64,000 nt of DNA. Source: the human T2T-CHM13v2.0 reference genome, Homo sapiens. The first letter of the stretch is position 1. Every line of letters begins with the position of its first letter. Of the stretch, positions 19,678-44,672 are shown one piece after another. The notes below the pieces were generated by a model. That model ran no database searches. It was not told the origin of the DNA and worked only from the letters and a program-made list of their open reading frames with translations. Made by a program: the position numbers and the translations under genes. The stretch lies in assembly GCF_009914755.1 (NCBI RefSeq), contig NC_060932.1. One strand, 5' to 3'.

Positions 19678-19934
19678 CTAAAATAGATCTTGCTTTAAGG
19701 TTCCATGGACACCATACAAGACTGCAACTCTAGTCCAGGGCTGTCTCCACTGTGAAACAGCTTCCTGATGCAAGAGGGCTTTGCAGAAGGTAAGAAAACC
19801 TGTCTTATAGTCTGGACTCCATCAGCAACTTGCCAGTTAACCTAGAGCTATTTGCTTCCTCATGTACAAAACGAAAGACATGGGTACAAAATTCCCTCTC
19901 TAGGCTGGCACGGTGGCTCACACCTGTAATTCTA

Positions 19935-20186
<252 letters not shown>

Positions 20187-20904
20187 TCAAAAAAAAAAAA
20201 ATCCCTTTAAGTTTTATATGAGTCTAGAGAAACAAGCCTTTCTAACCAGGAGTGGTAGGATGCTGAAAAAGAGGCTGGTTAATCTAGGTGGAGAATGAGA
20301 AGTTAGAGGGTCACTTCATTTGGACCCTTTCCTGGAGGCTGGGAGTTTATTTTTGAGACAGGGTCTCCAAAAACAAACAAACAAACAAACAAAAACCATC
20401 CAGTAGACAGAGTGGTCATATGACCCAGGAGGTTATTACCACAACATCTGCCATCAACCCAAGACTGTGCAGGCCAACCCTGTAATTACACTTAGGCCTT
20501 AAGTGTAGGCAAGACCTGTAGGTGATGGACCACAAGAGGGGGTGGTTAGTGAGGTGAGGAAGACAGATCTGACCTAATCAGAAGAGGAAGAGGAGGGATT
20601 TGGCAGAAGGACTGTCAAACTAGAAAAGGGAGGTGATTCATTTCACGCATCTAAGCAAAGGCTTGGGTGGGGCTGATTCAAACAGCGGCAGGGAGGGAAG
20701 GAAGTATTGGCTCTTACTAGCGACTGAATTAGGAATAGAAAATGGAAATAGAGTCAACTACTAGGAAACACTGATGAACAGAGAAGTTAATACTCCCAAG
20801 TTTCATTCTCACAGCAATCACCACCACAACAACCCTTAGGCCCTAACAGGCTGTGCTAAAGTGGGATTGGAATTTATTGTTGGCTAGGGATATACAAACA
20901 TTTA

Positions 20905-26580
<5,676 letters not shown>

Positions 26581-26910
26581 TAAGGTAGTGTTCTCACAAG
26601 AAGTCCACTAGAGAGGGTTTTGAGGCTCTTTCTAAACCAATGCTACTAATAGCCAAATAGAAATGCCTCAACTCAACAATGACTACTATGACATATATTG
26701 ACAGCAAAGTTGACTTATTTGCTGCCATATCCCATGCCTCACATAATCTCTGGCAAAAAGCAGGTGTTCAATGAATGTTTGTTCAATTCATGAAAGAAGG
26801 AAGGACTCTGGGAAGGTAGGCTCAAACAGCAGGTTTCTGGCTTCGAACTGTGTGAAATTAGGGCCAAGTAGCCAGGTGAATGGCACATGAGGATCACCAT
26901 GGGCTTCTAG

Positions 26911-27305
<395 letters not shown>

Positions 27306-27889
27306 TAGCTTTTGATTACACTAAGGAGACAAGAAAAAGTGCAGGGGAAAGAGACTGAATCGTCATTTTCTCTGAAAATATTTTTAGTCAGCCAAGCACT
27401 ATGAATTAACAATATTTAACAACAATTAAATATGGAGCAAATTTAGTAGGTAGTACAGCCCTTAACACCCTTATCTGTACTGCTTCCTTCCCTGCTTCTC
27501 CTAGCCAATCAAGAACTGCTGGCTGCTCAAGCCTACTGCCCTTCCTTCTCTGTGCTCAGCCACTGCCTTTGCAGAGAATAATCTTCCCTTCCAACTGCCT
27601 GTTAATGTCTTAAACTTCTTTCAAAGATTAGATCAATGAATTAATTACTGGATCATCAAGTATTTATTGTGTTCGTTGAGTATCTAACCATGTGTAAGGA
27701 TGAAGAAAGCTCATAGTCTAATTCTATTTTTTTGTTTTGTTTTAGTTTGATTTTTTTCTTCTGTCATTTTTATTCTTTTTTTGTCTCTTAATTTCTTTCT
27801 TGTTAGTATTTGCTGCCTACCATGTAGTCTAATTCTAGTAAGAGGAAGAAATACATATGAAGACATAATTTTAATGCTATATGATAAGT

Positions 27890-30011
<2,122 letters not shown>

Positions 30012-30014
30012 TGA

Positions 30015-30287
<273 letters not shown>

Positions 30288-31943
30288 TAGGTGAGTAGGC
30301 AGGCTACAGGGATGCATAGGGCCTTAGGAAAGAAGAGAAACAAAACTTCCTTTCCTTCTTTAAACATTCACCCTTGTCAACCCCACCTTGACTTAAAAGA
30401 TAAGGCGTGCTGCTGTGCTTTCCTCTCTTTGGGCTTTGGAAGAGACAGGGACTTACTCCTGGGCAAGGGGCTCAGGGACAGGGGTAATTGATACCTTGAT
30501 GGCAAAAGGCCAGCAGTAAGGAGGGAGGAATTCTCTTGGTGGCATCTCTTTTTACCTGGATGCCCAGTTAAATGGGATCAGTTTTGTGATCCCCAAGGAT
30601 CAGGGGGATCTTATAAGCCATGCTGTGCAGATTAATGGCGCATTTCCCTATCTGTATTTTTCTGTGTATTTTCCTATGACATAACAGTCAGTAAAGTCTT
30701 GCTCAAATGCCTCAATGGTGTCTTTTGTCTACGCTAAGGCCAGAGAATCATCAGCCTTTGTGGTTGTCTGGAAAGAACCCCCCTCACTTGGAGATTCCTC
30801 TTCAGTAGTAACCTTCCTGGTTCTCAGGTTTGTTTTCCTTAGGAAGCTTTTGTACGCAAAAATCTCTCTCCTTAAAACCTATGAAGTGTACATCATCAAA
30901 GTCCCCATTTTTACAGGTAAAACTGAGTTCTTGTGAGGTTAAGGAACATGCCCAAGGCCACAAGGTAGCAAATGGCAGAGCCAACTATTAAACCCATACT
31001 TTTCCTCATGATCTGTAATAATCGCTATAATAAAGGTTCAGGCCAGTAATTTCTTTAAATGTGTAATGCACAGAGTAATGGATAATTATAATTTATATAT
31101 TTATCTTGATCATCACTTCTCCTTGCCTCTCCACTTCAGAGGCTAGACATGTCCAGGGAGTATAAAATGTGGTGTCTTTTACAAATGCATCTAGTATGAA
31201 TAACTAAGAGTATCAGTGGCTTTTGGTAGCCTCAGAACACAGGTTTCTACTTTGATTTGCTTTTTTAAAAATTGAAATATAATTCTCACATACCATAATA
31301 TTCACCCTTTTAAAGTATATAATTCAGTGGTTTTTAGTACATAAAAAGATTTGTGCAAGCATTGCCGCTATATAATTTGAGAATATTTTCATACTTTGAT
31401 TCACTGTAGAAGATTTTGTTTTGTTTTTTGAGATGAAGTCTTGCTCTGTTGCCCAGGCTGGAGTGCAGTGGCCCCATCTCAACTCGCTGCAACCTCTGCC
31501 TCCCAGGTTCAAGTGATTCTCATGCCTCAGCCTCCTGAGTAGCTGGAATTACAGGTGTCTGCAACCATGCCCGTCTAATTTTTGTGTTTTAGTAAAGACG
31601 GGGTTTCACCATGTTGGCCAGGCTGGTCTCCAACTCCTGAACTCAAGTGATCTGCCCACCTCAGTGTCCCAAAGTGCTAGGATTACAAGCCACCACGCCC
31701 AGCTTAGATTTTCTTATAAGTACAAGAGAATAACTAAGTATGTGCAATTAAAACACTAACAAAGATCTAGAGGGCTGAGCGCGGTGGCTCACGCCTGTAA
31801 TCCCAGCACTTTGGGAGGCCAAGGCAGGCGGATCACCTGAGGTTGGGAGTTCGAGACCAGCCTGACCAACACAGAGAAACTCCGTCTCTACTAAAAATAC
31901 AAAATTAGCGGGCCATGGTGGCGCATGCCTGTAATCCCAGCTA

Positions 31944-32051
<108 letters not shown>

Positions 32052-32728
32052 TCAAAAAAAAAAAAAAAAAAGAAAGAAAGATCTAGAGATCTCAAATGAA
32101 CCTTGAGTCAGTAAATGTAGTGCTGTTACGTAGTCTTAAAAGGGGAACTGCACTGCAAGTAATAAGATTATGACATATATCGTGATGGAGCTTTGCGTGG
32201 TCATATGGCCATCAGGATAAACACATGAGTAACAGAAGGCTCTGTTTTGAAAGCATGAGTCTTATAATTCCATTACAGCTTGGTCCAATACTTAAGAAAG
32301 AAAAGTGCTAAACTATTAAATAAATTCCATTAAGAACTGCTGAAGAAAATTACAACTACTGGTTTCCTATTTTGTGTGTGTTGACATGATGGGAAAAAAA
32401 AAACACTGCAGTTCAATATGATAATCACATAGTAAGACAAGAAAACCAGAAAAGCTAATGTAATCTTACAAATTAGGTGATGTATGTAAAATCATTTTGG
32501 GAGTTCCAGAGGATTTACAGACATGAGCTAGTGTTACCAGGTAAACAAATTCAAAAGATATCATAGCTATATAATAGGAGCTATTGACCACACACTTAAC
32601 TTATAATTTTATGGAAATAAAGATTTATAGTAAAAATAGTTGCACTTATACGGCATTTCTCATTCTTTTTAAAAAGTTATACATGTACAAGGAAAAAAAT
32701 TCAAATACCACAATAGTATAAACTATAA

Positions 32729-32959
<231 letters not shown>

Positions 32960-33144
32960 TAGCCAGGATGGTCTCAATCTGACCTCGTGATCCGCCTGCC
33001 TCAGAGTCCCCAAGTGCTGGGATTACAGGCGTGAGCCACCGCGCACGGCCTAACTGCAAAGTATTCTTGACACATAGGCCCTCAGTTCTTATCCTCAAAG
33101 GCAACCTGAGTTTCCAGTTTTTAATATACCCATATGTTTTATGA

Positions 33145-33831
<687 letters not shown>

Positions 33832-34244
33832 TGACATATAGGTACCACTGTGTCAACAGTGAAGCCCCAGCAGACACATTTGTATTCTGTCCAGTTCAAG
33901 AGCTGCTCTCTAAAAGTGATGAGAAAAAGGGTCAAAGGAGGGTAATGAAGATAATTAAAGAGCAGGAAAGTAAGATTCACAATGAAAACTTTAAAGAGTT
34001 TGCAGTTATTTAGTCTAGGAAAGGTGAGTTAAGAACAACCTTAAAGTATATGAACGGATTACTATACAGAAAATGGTGACCTTTTCTTTCACCCTCTTTC
34101 ATTCACTAAGGAAAAAACAAAGAAAATGGGTTTATTTTACAGTACAAGTAGTTAGATTAGCAGAAAAAAAAGTCATGACACAGAGCCTTGTCAACCACCA
34201 GCAAGGCGGTGGCAGCAAAATGTCCTCTGAGGCTTAAAAAAATT

Positions 34245-34680
34245 ATTTTTAATTTGAAATAATTTTAGACTTACAGAAAAGTTAATAATTCCCTTATACA
34301 GATTCCCCAATGTTAACATTTTATTGCGTTTGCTTTATCATTCCCTTTACATATATTTTGTCTGAACCTTTTGAGCATAAGTTACAGACATGATTCCTCT
34401 TTACCCCTAAATACTTCAGTAGATACTTCCACCAACAAAGACACTCTCTTGCCCAACCACAGTAATATTACAACAAATGGGAAATTAACATGGATATAAA
34501 ACTATTATCTAATCTACAGATCTTTTTATTTTTTTATTTTTTACTTTTTCTGGTTCAGGATCATGTCTCTTAAAGTCCTTTAATCTGCAAAAGTTCTTCT
34601 TCAGTCTTTGTCTTTGATGGCTTTCATGTATGTAAGAGTACAGGCCAGTTATTTTATAGGCTGTTCCTCAACTTGGGTCT
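34245..34680 (-). mobile_element. Old L1ME-like fragment
   Basis: ttgaaataattttagacttacagaaaagtt...acccctaaatacttcagt...caggccagttattttatagg. Confidence 0.6.
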
Positions 34681-35561
34681 CTGGCGCTTAAAAACAAAAC
34701 AACAGAATCTCAACGTTTTGAGAATTTTAGGTGTGGTCCTGAGCCAATACTTAAATAAGCCTCTCTCCTCAAGGTTCTTTCCAGCCACCTTACACAGATT
34801 ATCCTTAGTGAATTAGATTTATAGATGGTGGTGATAGACAGTAAAACATTTTTGTATTCAGAACTGTCTTGAATTACATATATTCCAACCCCTCCACCAC
34901 ATTTTACCATTTTAATTTAACAAAAGTAAGTTTGTTGAAGAATGAGCACATACTCTTTAAACATTTAAGTCTTAAATTACCTGTAGACTCCCATTTTGAC
35001 AATCTCACCCCTGCAGTGATGACCTATGCCCTAGGCTCAGAAGACAAAGATCTGCAAAAATGGGTGTTACTCATTACAATCATTCAACAAATATTTGTTG
35101 AGTGCCTAGTATATGTCAGGCTCTGTTCCAAGCCCTGGGAATACATTTGAGAACAACAACAACAACAACAACAAAATCCTCATCCTTGAAAATCTAGTTG
35201 GAAAGATTAACCTTTTTTTTTGAGATGGAGTCTCACTCTGTTGCCCACGCTGGAGTGCAATGGCCAGATCTCGGCTCACTGCAACCCCCCGCCTCCCAGG
35301 TTCAAGCGATTCTCCTGCCTCAGCCTCCCGAGCAGCTGGGATTACAGGTGCGCGCCACCCCGCCCGGCTAATTTTTGTGTTTTTAGTAGAGACGGGGTTT
35401 CACCATGTTGGTCAGGCTGGTCTCGAACTCCTGACCTCGTGATCCGCCTCGGCCTCCCAAAGTGCTGGGATTACAGGCGTGAGCCACCGCGCCCGGCCCA
35501 GAAAGATTAACTTTTAAATTAAAAAAAAAAAAATCAGAAACCGGGATTAGACTTCCCTTAA

Positions 35562-35690
35562 GTCATTCATGCTGGAGGTTGCAAATTCTTTTTGTGAAAA
35601 ATCACACCTTAGCGATGACCTTGAGCAGTAGGATGTAAACAACTCCCACAAGCTTAGCGTTCCAATAACGGAACACAAGGCATAAACAGG
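35562..35690 (-). mobile_element. MER85 (non-autonomous piggyBac/PGBD3 MITE)
   Basis: Reverse complement reads CCTGTTTATGCCTTGTGTTCCGTTATTGGAACGCTAAGC...CTACTGCTCAAGGTCATCGC...TTTGCAACCTCCAGCATGAATGAC, matching the recalled consensus. TTAA at 35558-35561. Confidence 0.88.
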
Positions 35691-37839
35691 AAGAAGGCAA
35701 GTCTGTGTGAATATGTTCAACTCCAAGACTCAAGATTCTAATGTGGATACTACTGCGGAATTCCTGTTAAACGCGCTGATTTAATAAAGTCTTCGGTTTA
35801 TCCAAACGGGCTACACAAATGATTAATCCAAACTCCAAAGACCTAGAAAGAACAGGCGGGGCCGGGTTTCCTCAAGTGTTCCAACCACTTTTTCAGCAAG
35901 AGTCACCTGCTTGGCGACGAGCCTCCGGACCGCCCCGCGCTATCTGGTCCACCCGGCGGGGGCCACGCACGGGGTTCCGCGTCCCTGTGAGGCGGCACCT
36001 CCTGGGCCCAACAGAGCTGAGCACCTGGGAACCGCGCACCGAGAGCCCCACGGGGAGGTGGTTAGGGGGAACCGGCTCCTCCAGGCGGCCTCGCCCACTG
36101 CAATGCAATCTGGGTGGTTTTTCCAGGTCCCTCCCTGCCTCGTTCCGCGCCCAGTCCCTGCCCCCGCGACGCCCGAGGGCCTGGACGGGTAGCTCGGAGT
36201 TACCGGGGCTGGGGAGGAGCGAGGCTACTGCAGTAAGCCAGCCGGAACCCATTTATGACTCCGCACTCTGAAGTTCAGGAGAGGGAAGCACCCACCTCTG
36301 GAACTCAAGCAGTGGACGAGGGAGGTCCCGAGCGCCGTCGCAGCGCTGCGAGTGTGGGACCCTGGCCTTCGCCCGCTCTCAGGGGACGAGAGCTGCCACC
36401 TGTATCACGGGAGGCCCCGCCTCCGCCTGCACCTTCTCCTACCAGGAAACGAGACGGCGCGGGCCTCGGGCTCCTCTCCCCCCTCCCGGGAGCTGAACCC
36501 CCACTGGGAAAGCCAGGTCTCCAGCTTCCCTTGACACGCGTCTTGAAAGGTTACCGGATTTGTACCCGGAGTGGGTTCTGCAGGGATAGGTGCATGGTTG
36601 CCCGTTTCACATCATGAATATGAACGGGGCTGGACACCTAGAGCCGAATTATTAATACTTCAGACAGAATTCTGTTCCCAAGAACAAATCGCTTTGAGAT
36701 ATAAAACCCGAGAAAACTTCACCTCTGGCGCTTTTCTCTCTAAAATGTCAACAAGACCCAACAACATACTGCCACCGATCTGGTGGCTGGGGGGTGATGG
36801 TTGGGGTACGAGCCTCTGGGCAGACCAAGCTGAGGTGGAGCAGGGAGGTTGTTTGGGAGCTTGGTCAAGTCAACACACTCCAATACAATGCCAAAAGCAT
36901 GAGCAGAGGGAATGGGGTCAGGGCGCAGAACCTGGGAAAAAGCCTGCGTGGCCCGATTTAAGAAAATTTTTATTAGGCATGCGGATAGATGCTTTTCATT
37001 TGGGGCCCAAGGCAAATAAAAGGAAATGGGCCCCAGCTCTGGAGGATGTTCCAGCTTCGAACTAGCAGCCAGGACCAAACCAGACATAGCATTCAGAGTT
37101 GACAGAAAAAGAAGCGGGCTCCATTGTGCCTGAGTTTCCTTGCGGGGTCCCCCAGCTGCTTTGCGCGCGATAACTGCGTCCTGGGGAGTGACTAGGTGGT
37201 TGGGCGTCCAGCCCCTGGCGTCCGGCTCTGCCGCGCGCGGGGTTCCTCTCCGGAAGGTGGGCAGCGCGGCGGGTTTGGGACGAGCGTGCACCCGGGCTCC
37301 GGCCCGGAGAAGGGGGGGCTCGCAGGATTTCTCCTGCTGTTTGCACTGAAAGTTGTGTTGGCTCAGGAGCTGCTTTTCCGGGGATCTGCAGTTGCCCCCG
37401 CCACCTCCTGGCTGCGGTTGGCAGGTCCCTCCCTCAGCAGTTCGTCCTCCGCCTGCGCCGCGCCCTGGGCAGCTCCGCGCCCCGGGCCTCACCTCTGGCC
37501 TCCTTTCGCCTCCCTGCACCTGGCCTTTTCGCTTGACCGTTCAGAACCTTCGGCTTCGTTCCCTGCAGCCGGTATTCTCCGAGCCCCCCTGCACCTCTCA
37601 GTTACCTCCAGTGGGAACCCCTCCCCCCAGCGACTCCGAGCCCTTTACCTCTCTGAGCCCTTTCCCCGTCTGGCCTCGTCTACCCTCTGGGTGTCAACCG
37701 CCTCTTCCCTGCCCCTCACGTCTCCCCCTCCTCCTCCCCTGCCCTCGCCTCTCCATTCATCCAGCCATTGTCTCCCGCCCCTTCCTCCCCCTCCCGAAGC
37801 GGCCTCCTCCCCCACCGCTGCCACGTCGTGGTTTGAAGG

Positions 37840-38408
<569 letters not shown>

Positions 38409-38754
38409 TAAATGCAAGGAATGGGGCAAGAAGTTTGTGGTAGAGGTTTGGGCGGGGAGGGGGGTGGAGGTAAGTAAATAAGTGCTCTTGTTTGCCCACT
38501 TGTGAGTCTGGACCCGAGGCCTAGGGAAGCTAGAGTAAAACCAAACTTATTGGCCAACTGCCTTGGAGCCATTTCAGTCCTCCGCAACTTAGCTCAGGTG
38601 GAGAGGCCGGCGCTACCGAGCCGGGTTCTTTGCCCGTCGGGGGACGCTCCGCCAAGACGAGGTGGGGTCTCGGAGGCCCCGGGGTCCACTTCCAGGGCTT
38701 TTCCGACCTATCGGGTGGGGGGTGGGGCGGGGGGCAGGAACGCACCGGAACTGA

Positions 38755-39261
<507 letters not shown>

Positions 39262-40047
39262 TGAGTAGTTACTGGAGCCGGAGCGTCAGCTCCATTTTGC
39301 CAATTGATTGACGTGCGGAGTTTGAATCCTAGCGCCTCCATCTCCAGGTCCAGACCCCAGACGCGCCGCTCCCCTGCGGGGTTTGGGCCCACAGCCTTCG
39401 GGCAGGGGGCGCTGTGGCGTAGACGTGCAGGCGGGCCCGGCGGGTGTGCAAGAAGTAGCACTGTGGGTTGGAACCTGAAGGTGCCTGCCTGGTTTCAGGC
39501 TTCTGAACTCCCAACGAAAGGCTCGGTCCGTCATTATTTCTTTAGTGGCCTTGGTCCCACTGCCAGGGAGGTTTTTCAGGTCCGAACGTGCAAGGCTGCC
39601 CGTTGGGTCACTGCGGAACTGATGGAATCCCCTTATTAGGACTGAGGTGACCTAAAAACCGGCTGTTCCGGGGTGCTGACGGGTGCCGGATCGGGTAGGG
39701 CGGGGCGCTAAACACCTGTGCACAGATGAATGCTCTGCGTTCTCACGACCTCTGCCCTGGCACACGAGCTTCGAGTTATAGGAGAAAGCTATCCTTCCTG
39801 GGGTGTATTCATCCAAGACTTTCCAGATCTGTATACCCAATACCCGTATTTGTTTATTAGAAGCTGGCATCTTTCTTAAGCCTGGCACATCCAAACATAT
39901 AAAAAGTAACACTAGGGAATGATGTAATCTGCAGGCAACCTGCTGATGAAATGAGACATCTGACTTAAGTCTTGAATGAATTTTTTTTGTAAAAACAGAA
40001 GGGAGAATGCATTGACAAGTTTCTCCTGGGCGCGAACTGCGGATTGA

Positions 40048-40398
<351 letters not shown>

Positions 40399-40459
40399 TG
40401 ACTGGAGGTTTTTAAAAATTTTTGGTTTATTCAAGTTTCTCTGTTCTTAAAAAGATGCA

Positions 40460-40625
40460 TATAGGGAGTTATTTAATGAGTACAGAATTTCAGTTTGGGA
40501 AGATGAAAAAGCTCTGGAAATGGATGGTGTTTATGGTTGCAAAATATGTTAATGTACTTAATGTTTTACTGAACCATACTCTTAAAAATTATTAAAATGG
40601 TAAATTTGGTGTTATGTATATACAA
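40460..40625 (+). mobile_element. L1MB 3'-end fragment in intron 3
   Basis: agaatttcagtttgggaagatgaaaaagctctggaaatggatggtg...aaaatggtaaattt..gttatgtata. Confidence 0.75.
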
Positions 40626-42988
40626 AGATACTCTTTGGTGACTTAAAATAGTCTCTTTGTTTACGTCCAATTTTCAAGATGCATGACACTCTTCCCTTTT
40701 CCGAAGCTAATACAGAGTGTGAATTTTTGACATTTAAAATAACTACAAAGAGAGGAAAGAACTATTCTTTAGTATGTCATAATATCCTCATTTGTGTTGG
40801 AAATGCTATATCCTAGAAAGGAAGGAAAAAAGAATTAAACATTTAAAGTTGTATTTCTAATCATTTCATTAAAAAGGCTACTTAAATAAGATAACCTTAT
40901 ATCTAGTGAAACCACAATCGTAGCACTCTTCACTTTGTCTGATTTTAAGTCAATGTTCAAAACATTCTTGCATCAAAACAAAAGGGTCAGCCTCATCTTT
41001 TACCTTTGCTCATTTTTCTGACAGAGAGAGGATTACAGAGTGAGAGAAATACAGTCTTACTATAGGTAAAATGTGATTTCTCTCCCTGGGATAAATACTG
41101 AGGGGCTGTGGGAAAAGGAACAGCAGAGACAACCCACCCAGTGTAGCCAATCATTGTTAATACACTGTCTCTTAACAACTTAAATTAGTTTGAGCTGTAA
41201 CTTTTTATTGTGGTAGGCAGGCACCGAGCTTGAAAAGATGGAAGTAGAATATATTTAGGTACCTGTATAAGGCAAGGCTTGCAATGAAAGATGTAGACTG
41301 ACAAATGACGACCCAGGCAAGTAAGTGCAGATTTTATTTCGTTTAATATATTATGACAATTCAAAAAGTTTGAAGGAGTAACTCAAGTTGTTATGTCTTC
41401 AGAAAATCACTCCTTTTATACGAGTCTTAGTAATTATTTGACAAAAGGGGAAGAATTTTTTTAAAAAATTAAATGCTAGACTAGTCGCTACATCCTTACC
41501 AGAAATAGTAATATGTAAGGATTACTTTTTTACTCCCAAACTCACATGACGGAAGGACAAGACTTAATCTTTTCCCTGTTGGGCCAGAGGAAAATAGCTG
41601 TTTTCATTATTTAGGTGGAGTGCTTTGGGTGTAGGAAAACATCTGGAGAAAAATTAAGACTTTTTCCTCAGCCACAGCTATTAGAATTTTGATTAAATAC
41701 AGAAACTAAAACAATTAATGTTATAGTGAAAGTAATTCTGTATATTCGTTAAAGAAAAGGGAAAATGGCAAAACATGAAATAATCCTGCCACTCAATATA
41801 TTAAAATGTTTTTCTCTAACATGAATGTATTTGGATATATTCTTCTAGATTTCTGTAGACAAGCATTATTTACAAAGAGCATTCATACGGCGTAAGCCTT
41901 TTAGCCTACATTATTTAATAGAACATCAACATTGTTATAACCACTAAATAAAATACTCAGTATTTTAAATGGACACAACAATTTAAACTGATTATTGTTG
42001 AACATGTGAGTTATTGTCCTTACAAATAGCTTTTAAATGAGCATTTTTGTAGGTAATAGGGAGGTTTCATGGTTCTTTTGGTTGTTAACTTTTTTAAAAG
42101 CTGTGACCATGATGCAGCAATACTGATTTCAAAATACAGCATGAACAGGTCACATCTAGTAAAATCCAATAGAAGGAACTTGGAGAGGAGATATTTTGCA
42201 TGAACATTTAACATTTAAAAGTCTTAATTTCCTTGATGTTCTAATGTAAAAATGGGTAAAAATTCCCAGCAAATTAACACAATTTCAAAATTTTAAGAAA
42301 AATCTGAATTGAGTTTTTAAAAGGATTATCTTTAAAAGTTATCCAATGCTGGGTTATTTTGTTAAGAAAAAAAAAACAAAAGAAACAATAGTGTAATATT
42401 TGTCCAGACAGTTGAGCTTTGCTTCGTAGCCACGGTAGTGGTCCTAATAGCTAAGAACAGCAGGTAACCATTTCTCCTTTGCCTTTGGGATTTGTGAGTT
42501 TGTTTTTGTTTGTGTTTGAAGTCTAATTTGAGTTCACAGGTACAGCTACAATATTGTTCAAGAAGACTAATGTGGGACTATTATTTGGCACAGAAATAAG
42601 CCTTTTCAGTTAATCAGGAATTTATATTCTAATCTCACTTATTACTGAAAATATGCATTATTAGGACCCAATAGTTAGAACTACCCAGTTTTACAATCTA
42701 ATCCCACACCTGTGTGAAAACTGAAAGGGCTGCTAGTGCTGCCTGAAAATACAGATGTTCTAAAATGGTTATGGCTGGAAAAAATTAGTATTAACAGCCA
42801 GAAAATATGAAGTATAACAGCACAAATGTATCACAGCTTCAGAATTGTTTTGAATGGAATGCATACTGGAGCACAAACATTGTAATCCACTGCCTTAAAA
42901 CAAGAGGAATTTTTTTCATGAGACTTGTACATATGATCTAATATAGAAACAGGACCAACTTTTAAAAATAAATCTACTCTTACATTAA

Positions 42989-43228
<240 letters not shown>

Positions 43229-44316
43229 TAAATCACTACTCAAGAATCATTTGAAAAGATAGTTCCAGAAAAAAATGGTAATTCAAGAAACTTTCAAACA
43301 TTTTAAATTTTGTCAGCATATGGATAAAATTGGCCTATCCAAAATTTGTTTACTCTGCTGAGAAACTAAAATACAATTATAGACATCTTTGAAAGTGGTT
43401 ATAATTAATCAGATGGTTGGATGGATTTGGAGATGGATTTTTTGGTGGGGTGATCACATGTAGAATAGGATTCAGTTTCAGCTGTGTAATGTGTGTGTGT
43501 GCTGCAGAAAGAACATGAAGACTTTAGTGCAGATTCTAGGGCCACTTTTTCTTGGTTACTGTGATTTTAGGGTTTATTTTGGCTTCTTTGGAATGAAGTC
43601 AATAATTTTTTTAATTGGTGGATATATCCCCTTTACAAACTGCTGTTCACTGGTCCCGCTTTTAGCCTCCCCTGAGTTTTTCAAATACAAGATTATGCTG
43701 ATTATAATAAGCCATCTTTGGAGATGATAAAATGGGGTCTGGATTGTCCCCCACATTCTTTAGTTACCAAAATAATATATTTGATGCATGATATATTGTA
43801 AAAGTAATTTTATAATTACAAATCTATAATCATGAATGACCCGTCATCTTACATTCATTAAGTCTTTCAAATGCTAACTAATAAGCAGGCGTGTGCTAAT
43901 ATATCAGATGTAAAGTTGAGTAATTGTTACCTTGAGTGGCTTCCCAAAAGCCACTGTGAGAGTCATCATGAAGTTAAAACTAAGTTAACTTCAGTAGCTT
44001 GTGGGTTGTAGATGCTTATTCCCAAACTTTCTCATTCATTTTCAGGAATTAAAACCTGGTTTTTGTGTTACTTCACGATTTTTTTTCCTGATTGAAGTTT
44101 GCTCGCATATATTTCATAACTACTTGTAAACAGGTCAAATCCGTTTTCATTTGCCTTCTTCTTGGAGTCAGTTAGCTGGAATTTTGGCTTAGCATGACCA
44201 GTAGTGTTGGGAAGAGGGTGGAATAAGCTCATTGTGACAGAATTCTTACAAGAATTTTGTTAAAAAGGTTAGTACACCAGAAAAATTCTCACTGGTTTTT
44301 CTGTTGGGTTGAATGT

Positions 44317-44672
44317 TGTATTAGACAGCTCAAGCTTCCATAACAAATAGCATAGGCCACGGAGCTTAAACAAAAGAAATTTACTTTCTCACAGTTCTGG
44401 AGGCTGGGATGTCCAAGATCAGGGTGTCAGCATGGTCAGGTTCTGGTGATGGCTCTTCCTGGCTTGCAGGTAGCCAGCCACCTTTTCTGGGGGGATAGCA
44501 GGAGGAGTTATCTTCTTACAAGGTCACTGCCCTATCTAATTAGACCCCTCCACCCTTTGACCCTCATTTAAACTTAACTTCTAAAGACCCTCTCTCCAGA
44601 TAGTTACATTGGGGGTTGGGCTTCAACATAGGACTTTGGGGGAGGTGGAGGACACAATTCAGTTCTTAAGTA
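44317..44672 (-). mobile_element. MLT1B-type MaLR solo LTR in intron 4
   Basis: tgtattag...ttctcacagttctggaggctgggatgtccaagatcagggtgtcagc...ggcttcaacata...gacacaattcagt. Confidence 0.8.
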
